A model generated the notes under the pieces. It saw nothing but the letters and a program-made list of their open reading frames with translations, was not told where the DNA came from and made no database searches. A stretch of DNA of 63,722 nucleotides, the filler included, from Octopus bimaculoides (lineage: Eukaryota), in NCBI RefSeq assembly GCF_001194135.2. It is 8 parts of 7 records of this genome, joined end to end, with 100 filler letters (N's around TTAATTAATTAA, not from the genome) between each part and the next. Parts side by side here need not be neighbours in the genome. Positions count along the whole stretch, not along the records: positions 1 to 7,651 come from NC_069004.1; positions 7,752 to 18,382 come from NC_068982.1; 6 more parts are not named here. One strand, given 5' to 3'. Positions 1-12,962 of the stretch are shown one piece after another. The position numbers were made by a program, and so were the translations under genes. Each line of letters begins with the position of its first letter. Positions within the stretch are counted from its first letter, which is position 1.

Positions 1-427
1 GTATACGCATATAAGAAATATAGGGCAGGAAAGAGACAGATTTTTATCTGTGTTATGCTCGGATGTATTGGCCCTTGAGTCACCTACGTAACTTTACTGT
101 TGAATTAAAATATACATACACACACTACACATGTCTGTCTGCTTGGGGGTAGGTGTTTGTATACATATACATGTATAGAATACATACGTACATACATATA
201 CATACATGCGTATGTCCAGACATGCAACTATAAGCAAGATAATACACACAAAACAAAGCATACAAGTCTGCACACGCACTGACTCCTAAATGCTGCACAT
301 ATGCACACAGTGCAAAAATATCCTGTTGATGTCGTTGAAATCCTAATGACGGGGAATTGGATCCAGTTTAGAAACCGGTTCTTTCTCTGCTGGCAAGAAA
401 TCTTGAAGAAATATAACTGAATAATGA

Positions 428-599
428 CATACATACATACATACATTCACACACATACATACATATATACATAGACACATACATACATACATACATAAAT
501 ACATACATACATACTTACATACATACATACATACATATATATACATACATACATACATACATACATACATACATACATACATACATACATACATACATA
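428..599. repeat. (CATA)n microsatellite
   Basis: Direct reading. Similar (TA)n, (CA)n, (GA)n, (GATA)n and (CATA)n tracts occur every few hundred bp throughout the window. Confidence 0.97.
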
Positions 600-868
600 A
601 TCATGCACAGTTGCGTGAAGAGGTAAGATAAATATCCATGTCATTGAAAGGTTTTCACCTTAAAATCTTTCTTGGGAGGAAGCAACTCAGTTCGTAATAT
701 TTTTATATACGGAAGTGAAAGTAAACTGTGAATCCTTTGAAGAATCGTTCTCAATACCAAAGCTGTATAAAGCGGATGATGTATATATGCGTGTAAACTA
801 CTAGTTATTATTGGGAAATGTAGAGGTTAACATTAATATAATGGAACCAAATACAATATACATATATG

Positions 869-946
<78 letters not shown>

Positions 947-1054
947 CATAAATACACACACAAATATATAGAGAGAGAAGGGGGAGAGAGAGAAAGTCAT
1001 CGGGTAGATTGATACATATATTTATAAGTATGCATACCTATATATTATTGCGTG

Positions 1055-1111
<57 letters not shown>

Positions 1112-1247
1112 NNNNNNNNNNNGGGGGGGGGGATCTGACACATTGGTAGGTAGATACATATATCTATATGTATGTATACATATATTAATGCATATCTATG
1201 TATGTACATATATATATATACATTATGTATACACACAGACACACACA

Positions 1248-1316
<69 letters not shown>

Positions 1317-1843
1317 TACACACACACATCACACCCATATCTACATGTATATACATACATAGGATAGCAGATTTAAAGAAATCTTCGTGAAACTGAATGT
1401 AGTAGATAGAACGTTGATCGTTTGAAGGAAATGAAAGACTATGAGCTTGCACAGAATGGATTAGAATATTAAAATATAGCAAAATAAGTTATAAATTTGC
1501 TTAGAATACACCATAAATCTTGTACTAAGTTTAGTGTACAAAAGAAATAAGATGTATGATGAAATTCATTGAATGAGCTGGAATAATTCTTACGTATAAA
1601 ATGAAAAAATATCACCAAGATTGGAAGTGATTGAATATAATTTGTATAAAGTTTACTAAAGTCGAATGAATGTAATGAAACTTATTCAGTAGGCATGACT
1701 GTATAGCTAAGAAGCTCTCTTTGTAACCAAATGGTCTTCGGTTCAGTCCCGCTGTACGCCGGCATCCCTGACAATTGTTTTCTATGATGACAAAACCCCA
1801 TCCGAGTGACCAAAGCATTGTGAATGAATTTAGTAGACGAAAA

Positions 1844-2074
1844 CTTATTTCTTTATTGCCCACAAGGGGCTAAACATAGAGGGGACAAATAAGGACAGAC
1901 AAAGGGATTAAGTCGATTATGTCGACCCCCAGTGCGTAACTGGTACTTAATTTATCGACCCCAAAATGATGAAAGGCAAAGTCGACCTCGGCGGAATTTG
2001 AACTCAGAACGTAACGGCAGACGAAATACCGCTAAGCATTACGCCCGGCGTGATAACGTTTCTGCCAGCTCGCC
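1844..2074 (-). mobile_element. tRNA-derived SINE, family A (tail variant 1)
   Basis: Reverse complement reads GGCGAGCTGGCAGAAACGTTATCACGCCGGGCG...GTTCTGAGTTCAAATTCCGCCGAGGTCGACTTTGCCTTTCATC...GGGCAATAAAGAAATAAG. It has A-box-like TGGCAGAAACG and B-box-like GAGTTCAAATTCC, and more than 10 similar copies occur in the window. Confidence 0.9.
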
Positions 2075-3234
2075 AACATTGGTGATTTCCTGTGGCTATT
2101 AGAGTTATATTTTTAGCTCCTATTTCTAGCAATTACAGGTGCTATTTTACACCCTTAATTTTGTTTTTACCTTTGGGGTTTTTAATTGCAACTAATCATA
2201 AAATCATTTTATCAATTAGCTGACACGTAGAGGCTTGCTTTGGTTACTATTTCTATCATGTTCAATGACTGCATGGTGATTTGCTTTCGTTTCTATTTCT
2301 AGCATGTCCAGTGGCCAGTGTTACTGTTAAGTGTAAACGCGTTAGGTTTAGATGTTGGAAATAAACCAATTATATATATCATCTTGTCAGTTTGTTGCCG
2401 GGTGGAAACAGAGGCACTCTGAAATATACTCAAAATATTTGCCTTCTAGATACAATATATGTTTCCAGGTAAATCGTAACAGTGAAACGACGTGTTAGGA
2501 AATTCAGCGAAGTGTAATGTTAATAATTTGATAAGCACATCCAAAGGAAAGACTGTTTGCATTGTTACGGAGTACAATAACTGTGCTTCTGAATATAACT
2601 TTCTGGCCGGAAGCTACAAGTAATTAATATTTGTGCTTGGAAAAGCTGATAAATCAACGAATTTGTATGTATGTACAAGTTGTATTTTATGTATAAGAGA
2701 AAATAAGAGATTTTTGTGTGGTTTCCTAATTTCATCTAGGTGTTGAGTTGTATTTAAAGGACAAGGAGAAATAGTATTTTAAGTTCTAATACGCTTAGAA
2801 CACTGACATATTACTATTATTATTATTATCATTATTATTATTGTTGTTGTTGTTGTTGTTTGCGTGTGTATGGATGAATCAAGAGTGTACTTGATACAAA
2901 ATTATTTTAGGTCGATAATACAAAATTACCAAAAACCTACGCTGAAAGTTTCCGCTTCATTAAACCCCTGTTATAGTGTTACAACATGTGAAGTAAATTG
3001 AATAAGTTTATGTGTAACTTTCCAACAGAAAATAACGTGAGAAATTGTATTTTGGAACATTGCCGTCTTTGGGCGCTGCAATCGTAAAGGTGCGGTCATG
3101 CCTATGTCGTTAAGAAGCTCGCTTTGCAAGCACGCGGTTTCGGGTTCAGCCCTGCTTAGCGCCACTTAAAGTGTTTTCTGCTATAGCTTCGGCCAGCTGA
3201 TTAGATGGAGAGAGAGAGAGAGAGAGAAAGAAAG

Positions 3235-3295
<61 letters not shown>
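3235..3295. repeat. (GATA)n microsatellite (also 41744-41837 as GATA/GACA, and 57855-57912)
   Basis: Direct reading. Confidence 0.97.
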
Positions 3296-4241
3296 CGAAG
3301 AGGGTTCTCACAGTGCATTGTTAACTTCCCCAGCAAATGTTGAAGTGTGCTAAACATGTTATGTATAGAGAATTATGTACAACTGTATATAGTCAAGAGG
3401 AAGGAAAGGATATGGTCTTGCTGCTATAAAACAATTCGGCCTTTTCTAACGCATATGTAGAATTATATATACACACTTTATGTATGATATATGCATATAT
3501 GCGTGCATATGTTTAATTGTAACCTTAACAAGGAAATAGCTACGAATATGATGACGGGAAAATGGTAAAAGTTCAAGAGTTTTACTAATATCTCGAGGGT
3601 ATTTGCATATTCATTGTTAAGTCAATAAAATTGATTTACTTGTCGTCGTTTCATATTAAATATTTGCAAGCTAATGTTTCATAGCAACAAAGACAATGAG
3701 AGAGCGAGAGAAAGAAAGAAAACAAGGAACAGAGACGGAAGAAAGGAAAGGAAGAAGAAAAGAGAGAATGAGAGAGAGAGAAATTAAGTGTGAGAGAGAG
3801 GGTAAGTGTTCATAGTGTAAAACTGAGAAAATTTCAACAAGTCAACGTGGTTGTCTTAAGAACTGTGGAAATGATAACGAAGTGAAAATGAATAGTAACG
3901 AAATATTTATGAAACAAGGGATTAGCGTATTAAGATAGGATTCAAACAATGATGGAGTCTGTTTTGTTCCAATTGCGCTCTCCACCTTGGTTTCCTTCTC
4001 TGAGGAAATGACAATTTTAGAAACTAAAATATTTTCAATTTTTTTAATAAAAATATTATTTCTTATAAAAGGAAACCACCAGAATCCCTCCATCCATACA
4101 TCTATCTTCTCCTCCTACCATTCTTTAGATGGAAGTCGGCGTAGGGCTGTAGGTTGCTATCAGAAGCTACCACCATTATACTTTGGGGTTGGTTTCCTTG
4201 CCGTAACCAAATAACACAACGGACATTATATAACCATCTTA

Positions 4242-4872
4242 AGGGCGGTGAGCTGGCAGAATGGTTAGCACACCGGACGAAATGCTTAGCGGTATTTCGT
4301 CTGCCGATACGGTCTGAGTTCAAATTCCCCCGAGGTCAACTTTGCCTTTCATCCTTTCGGGGTCGATTAGATAAGTACCAGTTTCGCACTGGGGTCTATG
4401 TAATCGACTTAATCCGTTTGTTGGTCCTTGTTTGTCCCCTCTGTGTGTAGCCCCTTGTGGACAGTAAAGAAATAAGAAATGTTAGCACGCCGGGCGAAGT
4501 ACTTAGTGGTATTTCGTCTGCCTTTACGTTCTGAGTTCAAATTCCGCCGAGGTCGACCTTGCCCTTCATCCTTTTGGGGTCGATAAATTAAGTACCAGTT
4601 GCGTACTGGGGTGGATCTAATCGACCGGCTCCTTCCCGAAAAAAATTGGGGCTTTGTGCCCAGAGTAGAAAATAAACGGTAGCACGCCGGGCGAAATGCT
4701 TAGCGACATTTCGTCTGTGTGTACGTTTTGAGTTCAAATTCCGCCGAGGTCGACTTTGCCTTTCCTCATTTTGGAGTCGATAAATTAAGTACCAGTTGGG
4801 TACCAGTCGATCTAATCGACTTGTCCCCTCCCCCAAAATTCCGGGCGTTGTGCCTAGCGTAGAAAGGAATAT
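4242..4872 (+). mobile_element. Three head-to-tail SINE family A copies (4242-4477 with tail 1; 4478-4674 and 4675-4872 with tail 2)
   Basis: The body GTTAGCACGCCGGGCGAA...TTCTGAGTTCAAATTCCGCCGAGGTCGAC...GTCGATAAATTAAGTACCAGTT occurs three times. Copies 2 and 3 lack the first ~15 nt of the head. Confidence 0.9.
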
Positions 4873-6351
4873 ACAGCCATATGCGCGGTGATCAGCGCGA
4901 TTCAAAACGATGAGTTTACCTAAATGTTATCTCTAATAAAAGAAATCCACCCGAACACAGAACCATCACTTTTTAAATGAGTGGAGAAAATTAACTGATA
5001 CATGGCCTTACTTGAATGTGCCAAGTCTCTCGAGATGCGAACATCCAAGTTCATTTACCAAACTCAATAAATATAAGACAACCTACTCCTATCTCGCGAT
5101 CTTTTATTGCTTAATTCCACCTCGCCATTGATTTCCGTTTCTTTGTGTCTTTGTTGAAGTAATTTTGAGTTTCCTTTCTCGATAATTTAATCTTTTGTAC
5201 TTTTAATTTTTTCCTTTCTTTTTTTCCTCTAAAAATATGTTGTTAAATAAAACTTCAATCAATTATTTATACCAGTCCTTTGACTCCAATCCGATTTTGA
5301 TCGTTTCTCCGCTTTCCCTTCAAATACAGGCTCACTTCTTTAAGAATATTTATATATCAATGAAAAACCTTAAATCATACGTAATAGTGTTCCAAGTTCC
5401 AAATACCAATTTTATCATTAAAAAAAAAAACATATTTTACTGAATTTATTTAAATTCTTTATTTTGAAATTAAATTCAAAGACGTCGGTTGCATATTTGA
5501 TTGGAAATTTGGTCACGAATTGGTGAACTATATAAGCTGAGTAGAACGTCTTGCAAACGGAAATTATAACCAGATGGAAGATTTGCTTCGCCGTAAGCTA
5601 ACCCCTACAGCGCACAGCAATTCTTGTAATTAACTACACAGAGACTCTGGTAAGAAGCAAGAACATGCAATTAGAGACTAGTTCTTCTACATGTAAACAT
5701 TCCTTCAACAAATCGATGAGAGAAGAATTTGAAGTAAATCATGATATCTCGCTGAAGTACAAATACACGCAGAACATTTACGGAGCGAGAGAAGTCTAGG
5801 TGGTTGTATCGAGTTCTCAGTACAATTGGAGCTTTATTTTATTGACCTCGGAAGGCAATGGCAGTTCCTGCTAGATTTAAACTCACAACATAAAAAAAAA
5901 ATCATGATTAAATAGAACAAAACATTAAAGCCAGTGCTACATCTTCAGACTCTCGGAATACCCTTTCCTGTTTAAATTAAATAATTGCTTAAGACTTTAG
6001 CACAAGGCTAACAATTTACAGAAGATGAGGTTAGTCAATTACATCGATCCTGCTAGAGCGCTGATGCAGCGAATTGGTGGAGTCGTTAAATCGTCGAAAG
6101 GAAGAGCTTGTAGTATTTGATGTGATCCTCTGTGCTCTCTGAAATCCACTACGTGAAGTAAAAGAAGAATGGTACATTTTCCACCCCACAAATCTCTTCA
6201 TTACAATTCTCTGGTAACAAAGAAATAATAGAAGATTGTTTTACTAAGCATCTCTAGATCAAATATTTCTGTAGAACTGGCCTTATTCAAAGGTTGGTCC
6301 ATTGTAACACAATAGACATTGGAGCGCTATGATCGCCATTTAAAACATACA

Positions 6352-6392
<41 letters not shown>

Positions 6393-6402
6393 NNNNNNNN
6401 NN

Positions 6403-6439
<37 letters not shown>

Positions 6440-6450
6440 ATATACATATA

Positions 6451-7588
6451 CAGCATGTTCGGGCTAAAGTTGATAGTTTGCATCCATTTTAAAAAGTCAG
6501 AAGACATGTCATGTAGATTATGGCAAGGATATAACAGTGTACTCAATATAGTTATCCCCAACTTCTACCACAGCCTGAAGACGGCTCCAGCACTTCGTAC
6601 CTGCGTTCCCGACTGTGTCCCTCAGAACACCTCTTTCATCTCGGTGACCAGTTCGGCCTTGATGTTTGTTATAATGCGGTATCCTCGTCCGCTTGTATGT
6701 TATAGTCAGCACTATAGTATTCTTGTCGCCACAATTATGTTGTGGCGGCATTCCGCTTCTTATCTTTGACTCGTCTATCCTTCTATCATTGATTGTTCCG
6801 CAAGACAATGGTTTTGAAACGTCTACCTTGACTGTAACTCGAACTCGTATATAACACGTAACTAACACTGACTCCAGCTGGGAACTCGTAGAACGACTCT
6901 TCTACTACTGACTTCCTACAACCACAGGCTGTCTGACTTTGTCACGTGGGAATGGAAGTACCATTTTTCACGACAACAGTGTTGCAGCCAGAATCCTTAG
7001 TGTCTTTCTCAACCGCGTCCCACACACAGTTGTCAATATCATTACAATAGGACGAATTAGGAAGCCAGAAATTTGGGTTAGTGAAATCATTGAAATTCTT
7101 CAAAAACCACTTGTAATTCTTCCCGGAGATGTAGCCACAAGCCGAATCTTGTTGCAACACATATGACTTCACATTAGCAACCTCATCCAGCCAGAATTTG
7201 ACAACAGTCTCCGGTGACTTCACATATCCATCTGAATTCAGCCTAATGCTCTATACAATGATGCGGACGCAGTCAGAACTCATGCTGGCCACGGCTTCTT
7301 AGTTTTCGTTGCAGCTGACCATGTCACGTCTTACATTGTTTGCGATGCTCAGAGTATTAAGTAGTAGCCATGATGTTGGCATTTTGATATCCGGTGGGAA
7401 TTATCATTCTACACGATGACATATTTCCAATATCTAGATGTCAGTCTTCCATGTCAGCTAACATTTTCTCAACTTGAACTTAATGCTCAACTTTCATGCT
7501 CATGTAAATTTTAATCTTTATATTCTCCAACGCCGCTGACTGGAAAAAACGAACACCAAAAATATTCAGATTCACCCCGAACAAACTA
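6451..7588 (-). mobile_element. Defective DD37D (maT/Bmmar1-like) Tc1/mariner DNA transposon
   Basis: Minus frames read RLNSDGYVKSPETVVKFW..YVLQQDSACGYISGKNYKWFLKNFNDFTNPNFWLPNSSYCNDIDNCVWDAVEKDT..GCNT, then NIKAELVTEMKEVF..RDTVGNA..WSRLQAVVEVGDNYIE. Degenerate TIRs TA|CAGCATGTTCGGG (6449) and TA|TAGTTTGTTCGGG (7590, reverse). Confidence 0.85.
6667..6978. mobile_element. Solo LTR (312 bp) inserted in the maT transposase
   Basis: Termini TGTTAT...ACAACA are flanked by ATGTT (6662-6666) and GTGTT (6979-6983), a 5-bp TSD with one mismatch. Removing the insert rejoins the transposase text CNT/NI-KAEL. Confidence 0.75.
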
Positions 7589-7595
7589 TATGTAC

Positions 7596-7651
<56 letters not shown>

Positions 7652-7751
7652 NNNNNNNNNNNNNNNNNNNNNNNNNNNNNNNNNNNNNNNNNNNNTTAAT
7701 TAATTAANNNNNNNNNNNNNNNNNNNNNNNNNNNNNNNNNNNNNNNNNNNN
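7652..7751. other. Assembly spacer 44N-TTAATTAATTAA-44N (linker also at 18427, 31072, 43891, 51847, 58568, 61313)
   Basis: The identical 12-mer is centred in N runs seven times and puts stop codons in all six frames. Non-biological. Confidence 0.95.
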
Positions 7752-8078
7752 AATTGTGGCTACCTTCATTGATAATGCCAGCTGTAGAAGTCCTCGGCCT
7801 CCCTCTTTTCTTGGCAGATAAAGACGTTCTATATCTGTCTTAGGGTTGTGCATTCTATGCATTGTCAACAGTTTTCGTATTTTTCTGTCAACATTACATA
7901 TTTCAGTAATTGACCAGTTAACGATATTGAAACTGTAAGTCACGACTGGTATGGCTAGAGCATTGATCGCTTCGATCCTGTTTCTCGCGTTCAGCTCTGT
8001 CTTCAGTATTGCTCTCACCCTGCGATAACATTCTCTTCTAATCCTTTCCCTCATCACTGAATGCTTGATATTGTCCCC
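7752..8078 (-). mobile_element. R4/Dong-clade non-LTR retrotransposon RT fragment, 5'-truncated, directly downstream of (TAA)n
   Basis: IRRECYRRVRAILKTELNARNRIEAINALAIPVVTYSF..W..DRKIRKLLTMHRMHNPKTDIERLYLPRKEGGRGL; the RLYLPRxxGGRGL motif is typical of RLE-encoding LINEs. Confidence 0.9.
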
Positions 8079-8080
8079 TA

Positions 8081-8111
<31 letters not shown>

Positions 8112-8232
8112 TATTATTACTATAATTATTATTATTGTTGTTGTTGTTAATTGTATGTAGGAGGCAATAATAACAATAACAACAACAACAATAATAATAA
8201 TAATGATAATAATAATAATAATAATAATAATG

Positions 8233-8269
<37 letters not shown>

Positions 8270-8282
8270 TGATAATAATAAT
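8079..8282. repeat. (TTA)n then (TAA)n trinucleotide tracts in opposite orientation
   Basis: 8079-8147 is TTA/TTG and 8166-8282 is TAA/CAA/TGA. Confidence 0.95.
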
Positions 8283-8838
8283 GCCCTGACGCAGTACCAG
8301 CCAGTAGCTCTCTTAGCTTCTGATCTTCACTGATTGGAAGTATTATCATTTAAATTGTATTGCCTTGGTATAAAAGATGGGCTACTGCAAATATTCTGCT
8401 CAGTACTACAGATTTGCTTTCTCAGTTGTTTGGCTTTAAGAAGTTGAGCATGTAACTTTGTGGTTGACGATATGTGCATCTCTGATCACGAGCAGAAGTA
8501 GTGGCGGAGCATCATAGACACGTGTTGAGAGGAATTCTTTGGGGTTTGGATAATTCACATCTGGAAACATGGGTGTTTCGTTCAACATGCTTAAACAACT
8601 CATATTCAAGGAACTTTTGAGTAGGATGAGCTACTCAACCAGAAGAAAATTCTAACTGGGTCCCAACTGCAAGGTCATGCACTGTTTATCTTGATGTGGG
8701 ATCAGTGTGTCATGAACATATTGCTGTGATGCATGTGCCTGGTGTATCCATATCAGACGGGTAGTCATGATGGGTACAGTGGGCTTCGTACATTTACTCC
8801 AGTGTCACTTTGATGGCATGCACTGCTCACTCACTAAA
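8283..8838 (+). mobile_element. ~556-bp non-coding interspersed element embedded in TAA/TGA repeats
   Basis: Complex, higher-GC sequence bounded on the left by (TAA)n and ending ...CACTCACTAA ATAATGATGAT. I recall it as a common octopus repeat but did not verify this. Confidence 0.55.
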
Positions 8839-10461
8839 TAATGATGATGATAATGGATGATGACGACGACGACGACGACGACGACGACGATGATGATGAT
8901 GATGATGATAATAATAATAATAATAATAATAATAATAGAAACAACTGTAATACAATAACAGCAAGAAAAACAAGAATAGCAATACCAGAAATTATGATAG
9001 CAATTACAATAACAACTGTTCAAAATATAAAACAGAAAGAGCAACAATATCTTCTGCTTCTTNNNNNNNNNNNNNNNNNNNNNNNNNNNNNNNNNNNNNN
9101 NNNNNNNNNNNNNNNNNNNNNNNNNNNNNNNNNNNNNNNNNNNNNNNNNNNNNNNNNNNNNNNNNNNNNNNNNNNNNNNNNNNNNNNNNNNNNNNNNNNN
9201 NNNNNNNNNNNNNNNNNNNNNNNNNNNNNNNNNNNNNNNNNNNNNNNNNNNNNNNNNNNNNNNNNNNNNNNNNNNNNNNNNNNNNNNNNNNNNNNNNNNN
9301 NNNNNNNNNNNNNNNNNNNNNNNNNNNNNNNNNNNNNNNNNNNNNNNNNNNNNNNNNNNNNNNNNNNNNNNNNNNNNNNNNNNNNNNNNNNNNNNNNNNN
9401 NNNNNNNNNNNNNNNNNNNNNNNNNNNNNNNNNNNNNNNNNNNNNNNNNNNNNNNNNNNNNNNNNNNNNNNNNNNNNNNNNNNNNNNNNNNNNNNNNNNN
9501 NNNNNNNNNNNNNNNNNNNNNNNNNNNNNNNNNNNNNNNNNNNNNNNNNNNNNNNNNNNNNNNNNNNNNNNNNNNNNNNNNNNNNNNNNNNNNNNNNNNN
9601 NNNNNNNNNNNNNNNNNNNNNNNNNNNNNNNNNNNNNNNNNNNNNNNNNNNNNNNNNNNNNNNNNNNNNNNNNNNNNNNNNNNNNNNNNNNNNNNNNNNN
9701 NNNNNNNNNNNNNNNNNNNNNNNNNNNNNNNNNNNNNNNNNNNNNNNNNNNNNNNNNNNNNNNNNNNNNNNNNNNNNNNNNNNNNNNNNNNNNNNNNNNN
9801 NNNNNNNNNNNNNNNNNNNNNNNNNNNNNNNNNNNNNNNNNNNNNNNNNNNNNNNNNNNNNNNNNNNNNNNNNNNNNNNNNNNNNNNNNNNNNNNNNNNN
9901 NNNNNNNNNNNNNACACATACACATACACAGACACGTACATACGCAAACAAGCGATCAGTTTGCTGGTGCGCTGAACACGGCATCTATCGGTTTGTTTCT
10001 ACTAGGTGTGTCTTTGATGTTGTTACTGACGACGCCATATTGAATTTGTCGTGTGTGTGTATGTGTGTGTATTTACGTGTGTGTGTGCGTGTGTCTGTGT
10101 GTGTAAGTGTGTGTGTACTAGGTGTGTGCGTGTGAGGGAGGAAAGGGTATATTCTGAGAGAGACAGAGAGAGACATACAGTATGTATGTGTACGTGTTTT
10201 ATGTATGTGTGTGCATGTGTGTGAGTGTGCGTGTATTTGTGTGTGCATGTATACACGCGCGCGTGTGTATATTGTTATATGTATATAATCTATTTTTGTG
10301 TGTATGTCTCCCTGGGTGTCTCTCTCTCTCTCTCTGCATCTCTTTCCTCCTTCTCCGCTCTCTGCACTATATATACACACACACATATAAATGTACATAC
10401 TGACATAACTCATGCCCCTTGTCACACACCGAGCTTTTAAACATACATTTATCAAACACAT

Positions 10462-10497
<36 letters not shown>

Positions 10498-10560
10498 GTG
10501 TGCGCTTAGATACCTACATAAATACAAGTATTTGTGTATATGCACATGCATTCACTGTAT

Positions 10561-10595
<35 letters not shown>

Positions 10596-11012
10596 CACAT
10601 GAACTTAAATGACGTNNNNNNNNNNNNNNNNNNNNNNNNNNNNNNNNNNNNNNNNNNNNNNNNNNNNNNNNNNNNNNNNNNNNNNNNNNNNNNNNNNNNN
10701 NNNNNNNNNNNNNNNNNNNNNNNNNNNNNNNNNNNNNNNNNNNNNNNNNNNNNNNNNNNNNNNNNNNNNNNNNNNNNNNNNNNNNNNNNNNNNNNNNNNN
10801 NNNNNNNNNNNNNNNNNNNNNNNNNNNNNNNNNNNNNNNNNNNNNNNNNNNNNNNNNNNNNNNNNNNNNNNNNNNNNNNNNNNNNNNNNNNNNNNNNNNN
10901 NNNNNNNNNNNNNNNNNNNNNNNNNNNNNNNNNNNNNNNNNNNNNNNNNNNNNNNNNNNNNNNNNNNNNNNNNNNNNNNNNNNNNNNNNNNNNNNNNNNN
11001 NNNNNNNNNNNN

Positions 11013-11054
<42 letters not shown>

Positions 11055-11077
11055 TGTGTGTGTATTTATATATACAC

Positions 11078-11113
<36 letters not shown>

Positions 11114-11563
11114 CACATGAACTTAAATGACGTGACACGGAACTTTTTTATATGATGTTATTCTGTTTTGTTTTGTTTCGTGTCTAATCAAAGCCCCCCT
11201 CTCTATATATTCCCTGTATCCCTCTTCTCTCTCTCTCTCCCCACGTCCCCTTAATTTATTGTTTCCTTCTATTGTTGTTGTTGTTACTGTTGTTATTGCT
11301 GTTGTTGTTCAATCCCATAATACAACATGGCGAAAATTTCGTTACTTCTTAATTACTGATTACATCACTTCAAAGGAACAGATGTATATATGCATGTGTA
11401 TATGTGTCTGTCAATACATAAATACATGCATACATATATATAATACATATCAGGTTATCACATACATACATACTTTATATATATTTATGCATGTATGTGT
11501 GCATATGCGTCTATACATGTACATGTGTATATATGTGTGTGTGTGTGTATATATGCATATATA

Positions 11564-11632
<69 letters not shown>

Positions 11633-12814
11633 GTATGTATGTATATATATGTATGCATACACACATATACATATATATACTCATATCTATGTATATATTT
11701 GTATGTCTTTACATATTATATATACATGCGCACACGTACATACACACATAAATATATACGCGCAGATATACGCACGCACATACATATTGTTTACACTAAC
11801 TGGTAAATATGACCACGGTGGTGGTGGTAGTGGTGGTGGTAGTGGTTGTGGTGGTGGTTGAGTTGATGATGATGATGATGGTTATTGTGGTGATGGTGCG
11901 AGGGGGGATGTGAGGTGGGTGCTGTTCTCAATGATCGACGAGGACATCAATGATAAGAAGAAAGAAAATAATTACGATGAGAACGAAGAAGAAATTTGTA
12001 GGATGGTCAAGGATGGAATGTCATAGGTCTGATTGACCTGACTGGCTTGGGTCGTTTTCATATAGACATGATGATTATTCCCAACACTTACATCATCATG
12101 ATTATCATAATTGTCAACTTCAGCATCACCACTATCATTATCACCACCACCACAACAATAACCACCACTACTAATAACCNNNNNNNNNNNNNNNNNNNNN
12201 NNNNNNNNNNNNNNNNNNNNNNNNNNNNNNNNNNNNNNNNNNNNNNNNNNNNNNNNNNNNNNNNNNNNNNNNNNNNNNNNNNNNNNNNNNNNNNNNNNNN
12301 NNNNNNNNNNNNNNNNNNNNNNNNNNNNNNNNNNNNNNNNNNNNNNNNNNNNNNNNNNNNNNNNNNNNNNNNNNNNNNNNNNNNNNNNNNNNNNNNNNNN
12401 NNNNNNNNNNNNNNNNNNNNNNNNNNNNNNNNNNNNNNNNNNNNNNNNNNNNNNNNNNNNNNNNNNNNNNNNNNNNNNNNNNNNNNNNNNNNNNNNNNNN
12501 NNNNNNNNNNNNNNNNNNNNNNNNNNNNNNNNNNNNNNNNNNNNNNNNNNNNNNNNNNNNNNNNNNNNNNNNNNNNNNNNNNNNNNNNNNNNNNNNNNNN
12601 NNNNNNNNNNNNNNNNNNNNNNNNNNNNNNNNNNNNNNNGGGGGGGGGGGGTAAACTCCATTAGAGTTTAGGATGTCTGCGAGAATAGAAGCAGAACTGC
12701 GCTAGATATAAGAGCATTACTCCAGGATGGATCTAAGATGTCCGTGCTTGAAGCAGCACTGCCGTTCCATACTGTACAAACACATACACACACACACACG
12801 TGTGTGTGTATGTA

Positions 12815-12962
12815 TGACGGGCTTCTTTCAGTTTCCATCTACCAAATCCACCCACAAGGCTTTGGACGGCGCGAAACTATAGTAAAAGACACTTGCCAAA
12901 GGTGTCACGCACCGGGACTGAACCCGAAAGCATATTGTTAGGAAGCAAAATCTTTACCACAC
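12815..12962 (-). mobile_element. tRNA-derived SINE family B (CORE-like; resembles octopus OR-type SINEs)
   Basis: Reverse complement matches the family consensus ...GGGTTCAGTCCC..TGCGTGACACCTTTGGCAAGTGTCTTTTACTATAG...AAAGCCTTGTGGGTGGATTTGGTAGATGGAAACTGAAAGAAGCCCGTC. The CORE/OR assignment is from memory. Confidence 0.8.

Noticed and set aside
2391-2468. 78-nt AG...GTAAAT exon candidate, and similar ones at 19933-20082, 29648-29710, 32074-32127 and 33460-33499
   Set aside because: Splice signals are moderate, the peptides are unrecognisable, and they cannot be chained into a coherent gene.
4242-4872. CRISPR-like or satellite array
   Set aside because: The units are ~200-bp SINE copies dispersed elsewhere in the window; there are no unique spacers or cas genes.
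5525-5655. TATATAAG promoter with a downstream GTAAGA donor
   Set aside because: Expected by chance in AT-rich DNA, with no supporting downstream exon.
7696-7707. Recurrent TTAATTAATTAA as a conserved motif (7 copies)
   Set aside because: It is always centred in N runs, so it is a scaffolding linker.
10555-11135. Near-duplicate (TA)n-CATACACATGAACTTAAATGACGT on both sides of a gap
   Set aside because: Probably the two alleles of a microsatellite assembled separately.
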